DNA of 64,000 nt from a virus. Taxonomy: Duplodnaviria > Caudoviricetes. Below, piece after piece: positions 28,160 through 38,092 of the stretch; the first letter of the stretch is position 1; each line of letters starts with the position of its first letter. A program made the translations under genes and the position numbers. The DNA is taken from positions 1 through 64,000 of IMG/VR virus record IMGVR_UViG_3300031853_000001; one strand, written 5' to 3'. The notes below the pieces were generated by a model. That model was not told the origin of the DNA. It searched no databases and worked only from the letters and a program-made list of their open reading frames with translations.

Positions 28160-28640
28160 TTTTCTTGCCTGCTAAACGCCTAAACAATTCAGCGGGAGTT
28201 TTCTCGCGAGAACGGTCATAAATACCTTCTGCACGCTGTACTTCTACTTGAATTGCGGCTTCTAATTTATTTAATTTATCTAAGTGGTTTGCTTGCGAAA
28301 AATCTTTGTCGGCGTACAACTGCCGAATATTTTCCCAACTTGCGATACATCTCTTAACCCATTCGTGTTTCATATATAAAGCTAAAAGCTGTATTTCATC
28401 ATTAGTTAGGTCATCTGTGAATTGATAAGTTTCTAACTTATGAGGATTTGTTTCATTTTCTTCAATATCAATTTGTTCTATATCTAAACTTACTCGCGGA
28501 TATTTAAATCTAAAAATGGCAATCTTTAGAAGCTCTTGCCAATCCCGCTCAACGATTGCTAATTCTTCCTCAAGAGTCCATTCATCCGCGGTAATCCGAG
28601 CCAAAAAGGCATCATATACCTTGAGAAAGGGAGTCGCCAT
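28137..28640 (-). CDS. Putative head-tail adaptor, 167 aa
   Basis: Position after the capsid genes; helical protein starting MATPFLKVYDAFL. Confidence 0.55.
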   Translation of the reverse strand: MATPFLKVYDAFLARITADEWTLEEELAIVERDWQELLKIAIFRFKYPRVSLDIEQIDIEENETNPHKLETYQFTDDLTNDEIQLLALYMKHEWVKRCIASWENIRQLYADKDFSQANHLDKLNKLEAAIQVEVQRAEGIYDRSREKTPAELFRRLAGKKNALRRDF

Positions 28641-28643
28641 AAA

Positions 28644-29096
28644 TTACTTCTCTTCAGCCTGATGTTTTACAGCAATAGCCTGAATTACATCAACGCCGCA
28701 ATATTTCTTAATAAGAGCGGTAAAAGCGTTATCGGTGATATTGTGATCTACTACATACTGCACAATAGTATCCTTTGCCGCAGATGGAGCAATCTGAATA
28801 TACTTTGCAAAAGCAGTAATATCCTTACTCTCAATCATCTTAATAATATCGTCTTTCTCCATTACATTAGTTGGAGTTTCAATAACAGCACGATCTTCTT
28901 GTACACCATCAATCTTAATATAGCCACCGCGAATCATATTTTGAACGCCAGGCTCATACATTAGGTCTTCATACTCAGAAGGAGTTAGAGTAATAACGCG
29001 ATTGGGAGCAAGACTGCGAGAACGGAGAACGCCTCCATTTGTAGAACCAATAACAACTGTAGCAGAACTAATGTTCTTTAATGTAATTTTTGCCAT
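28644..29096 (-). CDS. Hypothetical structural-region protein (start MAKITL at 29096)
   Basis: AAGGAGG RBS upstream of 29096. The longer ORF start lies inside the terminator. Confidence 0.65.
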   Translation of the reverse strand: MAKITLKNISSATVVIGSTNGGVLRSRSLAPNRVITLTPSEYEDLMYEPGVQNMIRGGYIKIDGVQEDRAVIETPTNVMEKDDIIKMIESKDITAFAKYIQIAPSAAKDTIVQYVVDHNITDNAFTALIKKYCGVDVIQAIAVKHQAEEK

Positions 29097-29119
29097 AATA
29101 ATTTCCTCCTTTAACTCTA

Positions 29120-29159
29120 AAAGAAAAATGGGGCGGGCGAGATTCTCACCCACCCCATT
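29120..29159 (-). terminator. Intrinsic terminator after the major capsid gene
   Basis: ATGGGGTGGGTGAGAATCTCGCCCGCCCCAT followed by TTTTCTTTT on the minus strand. Confidence 0.8.
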
Positions 29160-29180
29160 GAAGTGATTTATTTATATTAA

Positions 29181-30296
29181 TTAGCCATTTGGATGCGCGG
29201 CAGTATAAGCAGCAGCAATAGCAGAATCTAGATTATCATTGTAATCCTTCCAGCCATCAGCTTCGATACCAGCATTGTAATAGATGCCCCAATAATTAGG
29301 AGTACCAATCATACCAATACCAACCTTTAGATAGCCCTGTAGGACGATAGAATTGTCGCCCTCGTGGTCATCCCACTCACGGAAATAAGGAGAGCCCTCA
29401 AAGCCTAGCTTGATTAGCTTTTCCTTACCAGCAGGAATTACATAAGCGAAAGAAGGATTCATAACTAGCTTCTCATTCTTTTCATCAGTGTAAGACTGTG
29501 GCATTACTACTACTGGGAAACCACGGAAGCGGCCAATATAGCCACGCTCACGAACTTCAATCATATCCTGATCAGAAATCTTAGTAGTGCTATTATAAAC
29601 AATAGCATTTACCATCTCAGCGGCGAACTCTGGAGTGCAGTAAATTACTGGAGAGCCATAAGCAGCAACAACGTTGCAAAGCTTAACCATAGCAGCTGGA
29701 TCAAAAGTAGAAGCAATAACCTTATTATTAGCTGGGAAACCAGTGTTCTTCCAAGCACTTAGTAAGCATTCCTGAACCATTTCAAAGATACGATCAACAA
29801 TACCTTGCTGGATAATCTCATAAATGTCAGTCATATTCTCTACGCCATCAAGATAACGCTCGAAATCAACATAACCGGCTCCACCAATAGCCTGTGGATA
29901 TACGTCAAAACGATCATGGTCTAGACGGAAGGTCTCATAGTTACCAGACTCGGTAGCACGGGTAACAAATTGACGACCACGCTGCTTGCCGCGAGTTACA
30001 CGGAACTCTAAGCGAGAACCCTGTGGTACACGGATAACTTCGCAGAACATATCTAGAGCGCTCTGGATATTCTGTGGGAGAACCTCTTCTAGGTTTCTCT
30101 CAAGTAGCTCAAATAGCTCAATCTTATTACGACGATACTTAGTGCGGCTAAAACGACCCTTATCGTCGCATAGTAACTTAACTAGCTCATCGTGTAGAGC
30201 AGCTTCATAGTCATAATTCTCGGCAGCGAACTCAGCAGGAACCTTGCGGCCGAAAACGCCATTCATTAACATTTCTAGAGTATTCATAGTTCGCAC
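29181..30296 (-). CDS. Major capsid protein, 371 aa
   Basis: Follows scaffold and decoration genes; strong codon bias; own terminator; HK97-like late segment (GYIGRFRGFPVVVM). Confidence 0.85.
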   Translation of the reverse strand: MRTMNTLEMLMNGVFGRKVPAEFAAENYDYEAALHDELVKLLCDDKGRFSRTKYRRNKIELFELLERNLEEVLPQNIQSALDMFCEVIRVPQGSRLEFRVTRGKQRGRQFVTRATESGNYETFRLDHDRFDVYPQAIGGAGYVDFERYLDGVENMTDIYEIIQQGIVDRIFEMVQECLLSAWKNTGFPANNKVIASTFDPAAMVKLCNVVAAYGSPVIYCTPEFAAEMVNAIVYNSTTKISDQDMIEVRERGYIGRFRGFPVVVMPQSYTDEKNEKLVMNPSFAYVIPAGKEKLIKLGFEGSPYFREWDDHEGDNSIVLQGYLKVGIGMIGTPNYWGIYYNAGIEADGWKDYNDNLDSAIAAAYTAAHPNG

Positions 30297-30302
30297 CTCC
30301 TA

Positions 30303-30911
30303 TTATAGACTGATAATCTGATACTTAACGCCAGGTTCGCCGTTAGGTACAGTATAGAATTTTACAACCTTAGCATAAATGCCAGAGTTTGGCTTTGTCT
30401 TAGTTAGCTGTGGAACAGCAGAACCAGCTACTGGAGCAACATAAAGAGCATTAGCAGCAACGCTTAGATCCTTTTCTAGATCAGCAATTAAAGCAGCTTC
30501 GGTGCTCCAAGTTTGGTCATTATACTGTAAGCAATTAGTAGTTACAGTATCACCAATACCTAGTAAACCAACACGAGGATAATCGCCAGCAATCTTGCGA
30601 CCAAAGGTCTGTAGACCATAGTGGAAAATGTCATATTCCTTTTCAGTAGTATAAACAATACCAATAGGCTTGTCAGTAGCAGCGGCTGGAGCCTTAATTA
30701 CGCTAGCGGCCTTGTCAGCTACGACCCACATACCATTCTCGCAAGGAGCTTCTAGAGTGAAAGACTCATCTAGTGGGGTCTGAGAAACTACCATACCAGT
30801 CTTTGGGAAAGCTACCTGATTTAGCTCTAGGGTAGCATATAGCTTCTCGCCTGGGCGATACTTGCTAGAATAGCTATTGGCACTTGTTAGTGGAAATCTT
30901 TTCATAGCCAT
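30303..30911 (-). CDS. Capsid decoration/cement protein, 202 aa
   Basis: Between scaffold and MCP, same high-expression codon bias, ENGM motif. Confidence 0.65.
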   Translation of the reverse strand: MAMKRFPLTSANSYSSKYRPGEKLYATLELNQVAFPKTGMVVSQTPLDESFTLEAPCENGMWVVADKAASVIKAPAAATDKPIGIVYTTEKEYDIFHYGLQTFGRKIAGDYPRVGLLGIGDTVTTNCLQYNDQTWSTEAALIADLEKDLSVAANALYVAPVAGSAVPQLTKTKPNSGIYAKVVKFYTVPNGEPGVKYQIISL

Positions 30912-30925
30912 AATAATTTCCCTCC

Positions 30926-32236
30926 TTAATTTTTACGATACTTTTTCATAAGTAAAGCGAATTGAGATTCTTGAGGTTCTGGTAGTGGTACTTTCTTCAC
31001 GTCATTACCAGCCATTTGTTTGTTAGCATAAGCAATTGCTAACTTGCTCTCTAATTCATCATAAGAAAAGTCATTAGCCTTCTCTTTAATATCGCTAATT
31101 TCCTCTTCTTTCATTACTTTTTCGTATTTCTTTACAAGCTCATTTTTACGATTATTTTCGGCTTCTAGCGCTTGAGTTGAGTAAGCTTGTAGAGAAGTCT
31201 GTAATTCTTCATTTTGAGTGCGAAGAGTTTCAAGCTCTGTATTTGCTGAGGTCTGGAACTGTTCAAGTTCTGTGATACGAGCCTGGGCTGCTTCGTAATT
31301 AGTTTGTAGTTCATTGTAGGATTCTTGTAGTTCATTGAATTGAGTCTGTAGGGCTTCAAATTCAGAAGGTTCCTCTGATACGGATTCTTGAACTTCTGGT
31401 TCAGATTCTGCGGGCTGCTCTTCAAAATTGGCTTCCGCGGCTGAAGCTTCCTCAACTGCTTCAGTCTCAACAACTTCTTCTTCAGTAGCAGCTTGCTGAA
31501 ACGTATCTTGTACTTCTTCCTGTACCTGAGGATTTTCAACCTGTTCTACAACTTCCTGGTTTTCAAACTCGTTCATTGGTTGTTCTCCTCCTTCATTATT
31601 TTTTTCTGCCTCTTCAACTTGTGCTTTGAGGTTAAACAGAAGTGAAGAGAACTTTTCATATTGTGATTTATATATGTCATCATTCTTGGAAAAGAATGAG
31701 GATACCGAAAAACAAGGTTCGTGCTCTCCAATTACGCAAAAGCCCAACATCTTTGCTTTAGTATAAACAAAGTATTCTTGATTCTCAATCATAGTCCAAT
31801 CGCCATCAATTGAGGCAGGGTCAAGTTCCATAGACTGATTTTGACCAAAAATCTTTTTGGCTTCTTCGTAATAATCTGTGAAGAGAACGACTGAAAAAAC
31901 TGCGTATTCTCTTGTTACACCATCTGTATCTTCAAATGGCTCCCATCCAAGGAAACTTTCTACATAGCCATAACCATTTGCGAGGGTAGGGCCGCTATGG
32001 GAAGCCCAGCTTTGAGTTTCTGGGTCAAAAAAGCCAACAACAGGTGTGTTGCCTTGTGTAGCAGATTCAATAAGCTGATTCGCTACGGCTTCGGTTATAT
32101 AAGAGCCATTTCTATTACCATACTTGGTAAAGACACGCACCTTTAAGCGACCGATATTTGGGTTACTTTCAGATATTCCTTGAAAGGGAGAATCAACTAT
32201 TACGCTATCAAAGTAAATAGGTATTTGCTTTTCCAT
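30926..32236 (-). CDS. Prohead protease/scaffold, 436 aa
   Basis: Globular N-terminus (NRNGS, QSMEL, LGFCVIG...EPCF) followed by a Glu-rich coiled-coil scaffold; located after portal. Confidence 0.8.
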   Translation of the reverse strand: MEKQIPIYFDSVIVDSPFQGISESNPNIGRLKVRVFTKYGNRNGSYITEAVANQLIESATQGNTPVVGFFDPETQSWASHSGPTLANGYGYVESFLGWEPFEDTDGVTREYAVFSVVLFTDYYEEAKKIFGQNQSMELDPASIDGDWTMIENQEYFVYTKAKMLGFCVIGEHEPCFSVSSFFSKNDDIYKSQYEKFSSLLFNLKAQVEEAEKNNEGGEQPMNEFENQEVVEQVENPQVQEEVQDTFQQAATEEEVVETEAVEEASAAEANFEEQPAESEPEVQESVSEEPSEFEALQTQFNELQESYNELQTNYEAAQARITELEQFQTSANTELETLRTQNEELQTSLQAYSTQALEAENNRKNELVKKYEKVMKEEEISDIKEKANDFSYDELESKLAIAYANKQMAGNDVKKVPLPEPQESQFALLMKKYRKN

Positions 32237-32247
32237 AATTATTCTCC

Positions 32248-33813
32248 TTATCCTGCGGCCGCGATATTGGCCTGAGTTTTTTCAGATTTCTGTTCGTCAG
32301 GGAGTTCTGGACGACCTCCCTTATTATTTAAGTCATCGCTCTTTTTAGTTATACTAGTTTTTTGTCCCGAAGAATTATTTTTTTCTTCATTAGCTACTTC
32401 ACCGCCAGGAGTAGTGTATGAAGATTGTAATGGAATCATTTTCTCTGACATTTTTAAGAAATCATTTTCAAAGTCCATTAAACTAATTTGGTCGCGTTGT
32501 TTAATACCCATTACGACACCCGCGAACATTTTAGAATAACCATACTGAGCAGCGCGGAAATAGTTTTGTTGAATATCTTGTCTATTAAATACAGTAGTTG
32601 GTAGAATCTCAAAATCAAAAGATAAACCAGTGCGGGAAAAACGGTCATTTAGATGGAATTTAATCCAAGTTTCATACTGGTTTAGGTATGAAATCATTAA
32701 AGCTTCGTCCTTTTTAATTGTGTATGCCAAAGCAGAACTACCATCAGCATTAAATAATAAAGAACTGCGGCCTAAGAAATCATAAGCATTATCTCTATAT
32801 TTTTTAATTCTATCATTAGATTGAGTAGCGGCTGAATTTTCTTGTAAGCTCTCTAAATCAGTATCTCCAAAAGTAGTAAGAACATCAACTGTGTCAATAT
32901 CTCCTAACATAGAAGCAACAGAAGCGTGAATTTCCGCAACTTCATCTAATTGGAATACTAATTCACCCTTGCTATCAATTGGCATTTTTTGAATTAATAA
33001 TTTATATAACTCATTTTCATCACGCTTTTCTTCGCGGCCAACTGCGTCTTCTAATTTCTTTAATTGCGGAATACTTGCAATTAGAAGGGGTGCTTGGTCG
33101 TCTATAAAGGTGAAACAAGCTCCGCCTGCCGCCGCGGGTATCATCACCCAAGGATCAATTTTTCTTTCAGCCTTTACCCAAGCAGCCCAAGCTTCTTGAA
33201 CAATTTCTGGAAAACTTTCAACTGCTTCAAGCTGCAATTCTTTATCGGGGATACTTTCAAAATAATGGAGGTTAAACTCTAATATAGGAAGATTATTAAA
33301 ATCCTTAAAACGAGTTCTACAATAGGTAAGAGGTAAATCTTGAATAACTACATCTTCCCCATTAGTTCGTAAAATACCATTATATATTCCCGTCTTTAAC
33401 CATTCTTTGGTAATATGAGTAAAGGTATTAGGAACATCTAATTTTTCTACAAAGGAACAAGCCTTGTCAAAGTCTTTTAAAATTTGAGCTTGGGAACCTT
33501 TACTAGTGAGAACTGGAATTACAACTGTATCATATAGTGGTAAAACCGCGAGAAAATCTATATTGTTTCTATAATCGCCATTAGTGCGATAATAGTAATT
33601 AGATAATTCGCGGTAGGCTTCTAATTCGCCAGAACGAATAATCGCATTAATTTCTTCTAGTGTAAAATCTTCACGAACACTACTTCTATTATTACGATAG
33701 CCCCAGCGGGAATATGCTCCATCAGTTATTGGCGCACGAGAAGCACTTCTAGCTACTTGTAGCCTAAATTTAGAAAAATCATATTTCTTTTTTGTATTGT
33801 CCAAAGTAATCAT
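32248..33813 (-). CDS. Portal protein, 521 aa
   Basis: Directly downstream of TerL; size; low-complexity C-terminal GGRP tail typical of portals. Confidence 0.82.
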   Translation of the reverse strand: MITLDNTKKKYDFSKFRLQVARSASRAPITDGAYSRWGYRNNRSSVREDFTLEEINAIIRSGELEAYRELSNYYYRTNGDYRNNIDFLAVLPLYDTVVIPVLTSKGSQAQILKDFDKACSFVEKLDVPNTFTHITKEWLKTGIYNGILRTNGEDVVIQDLPLTYCRTRFKDFNNLPILEFNLHYFESIPDKELQLEAVESFPEIVQEAWAAWVKAERKIDPWVMIPAAAGGACFTFIDDQAPLLIASIPQLKKLEDAVGREEKRDENELYKLLIQKMPIDSKGELVFQLDEVAEIHASVASMLGDIDTVDVLTTFGDTDLESLQENSAATQSNDRIKKYRDNAYDFLGRSSLLFNADGSSALAYTIKKDEALMISYLNQYETWIKFHLNDRFSRTGLSFDFEILPTTVFNRQDIQQNYFRAAQYGYSKMFAGVVMGIKQRDQISLMDFENDFLKMSEKMIPLQSSYTTPGGEVANEEKNNSSGQKTSITKKSDDLNNKGGRPELPDEQKSEKTQANIAAAG

Positions 33814-34572
33814 CCCCTTTTTCTAGGGCTAAAAAATGCATATTGTCCAAAATTTTTTTTCTTCGCGTTTTTAATTGCTTTATCTTCATAATACTTAACT
33901 CGGTATAAGCCATATTCAAGCGCGGAGAAACGGTCTTTATTTACCGAACGACTAATTTGTTCTATTTTAAATTGATTTTGGACACCAGTTGGTTTTAATT
34001 TTAAGTTATTTAATTCATCAACTAAACGAGAAGTCATTTCATATGGAAGTAAATAAACACGTCTATCATACAACGACATCTTCTTACCTTTTTTAGTTTG
34101 TAGTAACTTATCTTTTACAATGCGCTCATGCGCGAGTAAGGATAAAGTTCCGTTATTAAGCTGGGCAAAAAAATTTGAATGAATTGCATCATCATTAGAA
34201 GAACCTGCTTTTATATCATATATAATTGCACGATATTCAGGAATAGGTTCTTCTGATTCACTTTTCTTTTCAGGAGGTAAGTGATGATCGTTATTAAAGG
34301 CGAAGTATGCTGGAAATTGTTCTCCGGTTTTTACATCAAAAGAAGGTAAAGCCATTGCATCTAATAAACCGATACCAGGACCATTACCGTCAATAACAAT
34401 TTCTCTTGGTTCATACAATTCAATTAACTTTTTTAAACGGGGTGCTTGGTCTGAAATATAATTAGCACCGTGAATAACTTCTGTATAAACAACTTTCTTT
34501 CTAAAACCATTCAAATTAGGAATTACTTTAATTACCATAATAGCCGTGTTGGCTTCATATCTGGCAACATCA
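33810..34572 (-). CDS. terL: Terminase large subunit exon 3 (RNase H-like nuclease domain)
   Basis: Starts T|GAT GTT GCC AGA (DVAR), completing IGVDVAR. Contains IVIDGNGPG and KDRFSA nuclease motifs. Confidence 0.9.
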
Positions 34573-35844
34573 CAATTATCTTCCATACAATTCGCTAGAT
34601 TGTATGCGTTTATTAAACTGCTATATGTTTCCATATAGTTGAGACTATATTTTTATCTCATAGAGATAACTCTTCTTTCGGGAATCAATCGCTTATTCCC
34701 TACTCCTTATCAGGATAGTCGTTGAACCAATCTTTCAAAATTATTTCTATATTTTTAAATTCTGTGTAAGGAATAATTAAATAATTTAATCCATGTTCTT
34801 TTGCTTCTTTTTCTTTTATTTTATCATGTTCTTGTCTTTCTTGTAAAGTATCGTGAAAAAAAGTTACTTCTTGGTAATGTTGCGCGCCCATATACTCAAT
34901 AATTAATTGATATTTTGGCAAATAAAAATCATATCTAAATTTTGAGTTTGAAGACCAAGAAAAAATCTGCTCTTCGATAAAAATTATCTTGTTATTTTTT
35001 AACCAATTAGCGATTTTTAATTCACCCTTACTTCTTTTATGGTTACATTGCGGGCAACCACAGTATCCATTATTTATTTTTTGAATAAAATTATGAGGTT
35101 TAATATTCCATATAAAACCACATTCATGTTGAATTAAGACTTTATTTTCTGTGCCGGTATAGTCATTTATTAATTTGTATTCATCTGGCAAAATAGCTTT
35201 AAAACCTAAAGTGTTTAAATTATGCTTTGAATTGCAATAAGGGCAAGTTTGATTTTTTAAGAAAGATTGTAAAGTTTTATTAAAAACTTGTTGGCATTTT
35301 TTACAAAAGATATTAACACTATATTTTTTAACTTTTTCTCGATAATCAAAACTTAAAAAATCAATCTCATTATTATTGTTACATAACTGTAAAACTTTTT
35401 CTTTATTTTCTTTATGTTTAGTTAAATTATTATTGCTATTATAACAATGACATAAAAAATTACGAGTATTAGAGCCGGCATTTAAAAAATTCTTACAACT
35501 AGAATAAGTTTTTTCTTCTCCACACATTAAACAACGAATACTAAAGGGTTTTGTCATTTGCGTATAATTTAAAATTTCAAATGGTTGATTTGGAAATCTA
35601 TTATTAATTCGTTGTTTAACTTCTTTAATAGAAATAATTTTCATAATATCACCTCAAATAGATTGGTGCTGATTGCCCTTTAATAGTACTTAGAATCACT
35701 TCATATACCTTCTTATTTTTTGTTTCTACTTTCGTAACTTAATAAATGAGGATTTTATTTATTAAGTAAAATAAGACTTTCGGGTTTCCCAGCTTTTAAA
35801 GAGTTTATTGCCCTACTATTACTAGCAGGCGGGGCAAATGTTTC
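34573..35844 (-). ncRNA. Group I self-splicing intron 2 in terL (1,272 nt)
   Basis: P1 GGGGU|GAAACAUUUGCCCC with U-G wobble; Q-like GGCAAUCAGCA; R GUUCAACGACUA; S AAAAUAUAGUC; P9 CUAUAUG-GAAA-CAUAUAG; terminal G at 34573. Removal restores the frame. Confidence 0.9.
34700..35644 (-). CDS. Intron-encoded putative homing endonuclease (Zn-ribbon repeats plus Vsr/EDxHD-like nuclease), 314 aa
   Basis: Several CxxC/HxCG/CPxC motifs, then SKGE...YDFY...IEYMGAQHY. The 3' end overlaps the intron R element. Confidence 0.8.
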   Translation of the reverse strand: MKIISIKEVKQRINNRFPNQPFEILNYTQMTKPFSIRCLMCGEEKTYSSCKNFLNAGSNTRNFLCHCYNSNNNLTKHKENKEKVLQLCNNNNEIDFLSFDYREKVKKYSVNIFCKKCQQVFNKTLQSFLKNQTCPYCNSKHNLNTLGFKAILPDEYKLINDYTGTENKVLIQHECGFIWNIKPHNFIQKINNGYCGCPQCNHKRSKGELKIANWLKNNKIIFIEEQIFSWSSNSKFRYDFYLPKYQLIIEYMGAQHYQEVTFFHDTLQERQEHDKIKEKEAKEHGLNYLIIPYTEFKNIEIILKDWFNDYPDKE

Positions 35845-36624
35845 ACCCCTATCATATAAAAAGTATTTGGATTACTAGGATTTTCTTGTGCTTTTCGCTC
35901 GCATTTTAATAATGTTCTTCTTTTATTAATTCGCTTAGAATCAAGCCAAGCCTCTTTACTATTACCAGTCCAAATTGATAATGATTCGCGGGCGAATGAA
36001 TCTTCGCTCATAGTATTAGAGTAGCGTTGGTCCATTAGGGTTGCTTTATCTAAAAGCCCGTAATGTAGGGGGACTTCATAGGAGAGGCCCCAAACAAAAT
36101 ATTCATTTGGCCGCAAAACAGCGTTTGCCGCGCATTCAATTAATTTACCATACATAAATACCGTTTTTTCTCGCGCGGTGGTTATAAAGATTTGAGCAGA
36201 AGTTGGTTCTTCTGGGTTTAATGTTCCATCAACTTCACGACGAGCAACGTTCATTTGAGGTAGTAGAACTTCGTTGTAATCCTCTTCCTCAATTGTCGCA
36301 CATTCTTCTAAAATACCTGCAGTCGCACGAAGTCCACGGCTTGTATCCTTAGAAACAACAGTAATCATACTGCCATTGCGGAATCTTAATTCATAGTAGT
36401 TGCCGCTCTTCTTTTCACCTTGTTGGCCGCCACTTTCACGAGTTTGTAATTCATTTTTAAGTAGAGGCCAATGTCGCCAAATTTCGTTAAACTTGGCTTC
36501 GGCAATTTTAATAACTGTTCCCTTAACATCAGAAGAAATGAAGATGTTAGAGCCTGGTAATAAGACCGCCCGCACAACAGCACTTAAATAAGCTGTGAAA
36601 GATTTAGATGTTGCACGTGTAGCA
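35845..36624 (-). CDS. terL: Terminase large subunit exon 2 (ATPase domain)
   Basis: Begins T|GCT ACA CGT (ATRATSKS, Walker A-like). Contains RGLRATAGILEE (Walker B region) and FITTA coupling motif; ends FYMIGV. Confidence 0.9.
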
Positions 36625-37841
36625 CATAATTTTTACATTAGGTCGTTAATCTAATGCCATTGGGCTATATGTTTCCATATAGATAAGACTATATCTTCAC
36701 TTTTATAAGTGAGCATCATTTCGATTCACTTGAATCTACGTTCAAAGAACTAGTCGTTGAGCTACTAAAAAGTTTATTTATGTAAGCTTTTATTTCTATA
36801 TTAGAAAAAGTATAAGGAATAATAATTAATTCAATATTATTTTTTTGGCAGTATTGCATCTTTCTTTTATCTCGTTCCTGGTATTTTTTAAATATATCTA
36901 TGTCGCGTCCGTGAAAAAAAGGATTATATTGATAATGCTGTTCTCCATTATATTCAATCGCATATTTTTTATTATTAAATTCTAGATAAAAATCAAAGCG
37001 TTGTAAAGAATTATTTAAGAATTTTTCTTTTTCAAATTGAAGATTTAAATTTTGTAATTGTTGTTCAATAATTTTGCTACCTTTGCTTTGCTTTTTACAA
37101 CATTTTGGGCAACCTGTTTTATTATAAAGAATGTGTGCAGGAGTAGTACTCCAAATAAAACCGCAACTATGTTTAAATAATGATTTATCATTAACAGTTT
37201 TAAACGGTGTTAATAAAGTATACTCATTACCGTATTCTTGTAATATTTTTTCTTTGAATTCTTTTTCAGTCCAACGATTACCATTTCCTTCACAACGGCA
37301 AGTGTTTTCTAAAAAAGAAACTAATAAATGTTTAGAAATTCTAGCGCATTTTTTGCATTTACAGGTATACCAAATTTTTCCTGTGGAATCTATATCTTTA
37401 TCTAAAATTTCATATTTTTCTTGTAATAAAATTAAATTATGTGTATTTTTTGCTCGTAGTCCATTACAATCTGAACAGCCAACTTTTTTATTTTTAGCTA
37501 AAAAATTTTTCGCTTGTGGATATAATAAAATTTTATTACAATTAAGGCATTGAATTTTTAATGGTTTACTACTAGTAGTATATTCAATAATTTTAAAATT
37601 TTCATTTGGGTAACGCTCTTTAATTCGTTTTTCAAATTCTGATTGTGAAATAGCTTTCATATAAATAAACCTCCTAATAGTTGCTGATTGCCCATTATGT
37701 AAAGTTTAGGATTTAACCTTGCTTCATCCAGACACTTATTTCTACTTTCGTTCCAAGGAGTTTGGCAGTCTGGCTTTAGGGGTTCCCAGCAGTTAAATGC
37801 TTTTTCTATACTCTTTACGAATATAGGGATTACTTTTATTA
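36625..37841 (-). ncRNA. Group I self-splicing intron 1 in terL (1,217 nt)
   Basis: P2 CUAUAUUC/GAGUAUAG; Q GGCAAUCAGCA; R GCUCAACGACUA; S GAAGAUAUAGUC; P9 CUAUAUG-GAAA-CAUAUAG; terminal G at 36625. Removal gives YHYWT-ATRATSKS in frame. Confidence 0.88.
36716..37660 (-). CDS. Intron-encoded putative homing endonuclease, paralog of 34700-35644, 314 aa
   Basis: Same architecture (CxxC repeats, HSCGFIW, CPKC, SKGS, RFDFY, IEYNGEQHY); AGGAGG RBS. Confidence 0.8.
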   Translation of the reverse strand: MKAISQSEFEKRIKERYPNENFKIIEYTTSSKPLKIQCLNCNKILLYPQAKNFLAKNKKVGCSDCNGLRAKNTHNLILLQEKYEILDKDIDSTGKIWYTCKCKKCARISKHLLVSFLENTCRCEGNGNRWTEKEFKEKILQEYGNEYTLLTPFKTVNDKSLFKHSCGFIWSTTPAHILYNKTGCPKCCKKQSKGSKIIEQQLQNLNLQFEKEKFLNNSLQRFDFYLEFNNKKYAIEYNGEQHYQYNPFFHGRDIDIFKKYQERDKRKMQYCQKNNIELIIIPYTFSNIEIKAYINKLFSSSTTSSLNVDSSESK

Positions 37842-38092
37842 GTCCAATAGTGATAACGATAGCGCATTGAAGCACGCAAAGCAATTCGCTGATAAAAGAA
37901 TAAGTGAAAATTTTTTGCGTCATCTCGCGGCTGAATAGCATCTAGAAATAGGTCTGGATACAATAGCCAATAATTTAAATAATTAGTAAACAATTCTTGA
38001 TTCGCATCAAGATATTCCTTGGTAAGAACAACTCCTTTCTCAATTGGGATGCCATCGCGCATTTCCACTTCTTGAGTAACAAAATCAATCAT
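37842..38092 (-). CDS. terL: Terminase large subunit exon 1 (spliced product 597 aa)
   Basis: YPDLFLD...LFFYQRIALR (Q-motif region) up to YHYW-T. Exons of 251+780+763 nt sum to 1,794 nt, in frame. Confidence 0.88.

Noticed and set aside
24410-28640. Contractile tail (myovirus) architecture
   Set aside because: No sheath-sized gene or baseplate wedge genes; TMP is followed by Dit-like and Tal-like genes.
33810-38092. terL pieces as separate genes, inteins, frameshifts or group II introns
   Set aside because: The insertions contain stop codons and group I P1/P7/P9 signatures with terminal G; there is no reverse transcriptase or intein motif.
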